Shown: in pieces, positions 63,431 through 64,000 of the stretch | Layout: the number at the start of each line of letters is the position of its first letter | Numbering within the stretch: position 1 is the first letter of the stretch | Source: a virus | Reading direction: 5' to 3' (one strand) | Virus genome (UHGV): UHGV-0096064 | DNA length: 64,000 nt | Position numbers and translations under genes: made by a program | Notes under the pieces: model-generated | Seen by the model: only the letters and a program-made list of their open reading frames with translations | Databases searched by the model: none | What the model was told of the DNA's origin: nothing

Positions 63431-64000
63431 TATGACTCAGGACAACAACACCCCGGCTGTCATCCCTTCCGCCATGCAGAACCTCATCATGTCCCCGCCT
63501 GCTGAACTCATGGGGATGCTTGCCTCGAACTTCGACGGGGCCTATGCCGACTTCGGCGGCGTGTTCCGCTCCATCTCGTTTAAGGGGTTCCAGTTCACGT
63601 TGAAGGAATCCGGTTCGTCCACCGTTCATCCTCTGCAATACCTGCCCATCGTCATCCTCGGCATGGCCCACGACAACCACTGCGTGTGGTACGGCAAGGC
63701 TTACGGTTCCGCGACCGAAGGCGAACGTCCTGACGCCGTGTGGTGGGAGAAGCAGGGCGCTCCGGCGAACGTCCCCGCTTCCGCTCTCGTGAAGGATGCC
63801 AATGGCCGCAACCAGTATCAGATTCAGCGCCGCCTTGCCGTGGCTCTGCTTCGCCAGAACCACAATGACGGCTCCATGTTCATCGACCTTGAGAATCCCT
63901 TCGTCATGGACATCGGTGCCATGTCCATCTTCGGTGCCGACATGCCGAACCAGTGGGCTTTCTCCCTCGCCGGACTCATCCGCTTCTGCTCCCGCAGCCG
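63431..64000 (+). CDS. 5' part of a CDS that runs off the window end
   Basis: Open frame from an ATG at 63431 (MTQDNNTPAVIPSAMQNLIMSPP...) with a GGAG RBS and no stop before nt 64000. The overlapping minus-strand ORF 63396..63863 looks like an antisense artifact. Confidence 0.5.

Noticed and set aside
1-64000. tRNA genes, integrase or attachment sites, rRNA
   Set aside because: No cloverleaf-compatible segments noticed in intergenic regions. No tyrosine or serine recombinase motifs (e.g. R..H..R..Y) in any ORF. Lysogeny or integration cannot be assessed from this window.

Overview
This window reads as a near-complete, high-GC (~60%) tailed dsDNA phage or prophage genome with two transcriptional arms.

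Late arm (minus strand, ~45.2 kb down to ~3.6 kb):
- Three paralogous BspA-type leucine-rich-repeat (LRR) proteins lead the arm, followed by a lysis cassette of a putative peptidoglycan hydrolase, a holin and overlapped i- and o-spanins.
- Next come a 1471-aa repeat-rich tail fibre, the small and large terminase subunits and a putative portal.
- The virion module follows: a coiled-coil scaffold-like protein, a putative major capsid protein and about 12 uncharacterised virion or tail proteins.
- The arm ends with a protein carrying a lambda-R-like lytic transglycosylase domain, a 2516-aa giant protein with an HExxH motif, and two small genes.

Early arm (plus strand, ~46.7 kb to the window end, apparently continuing through the window start to the primase-helicase at 408..3497):
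- It opens with a tandem array of six small paralogous genes, followed by acidic proteins and a Nudix hydrolase.
- It then encodes an RNA-polymerase alpha-CTD-like protein, a MucR/Ros zinc-finger regulator and a family-A DNA polymerase.
- The replication module also contains a Cas4-like nuclease, a VRR-NUC nuclease, a DEDDh 3'-5' exonuclease and an SNF2-like helicase.

The two arms diverge from a ~1.6 kb AT-rich non-coding region (45.2-46.7 kb). This region holds more than 30 copies of a palindromic TTACA(A/T)TGTAA motif, other repeats and a ~60-bp almost pure A/T stretch, and is a strong candidate origin and control region. The arms converge at a GC-rich hairpin at ~3.51 kb.

The most unusual features are:
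- the LRR paralog cluster, with dinucleotide repeat tracts in the promoter regions, a homopolymer frameshift and an in-frame stop;
- the tandem array of early paralogs plus acidic proteins, a candidate host-takeover or anti-defence locus;
- the giant HExxH-motif protein placed next to a lytic transglycosylase;
- conserved hairpins between early genes.

Feature positions I derived by counting, rather than taking from the ORF track, are approximate (+/-2 bp).
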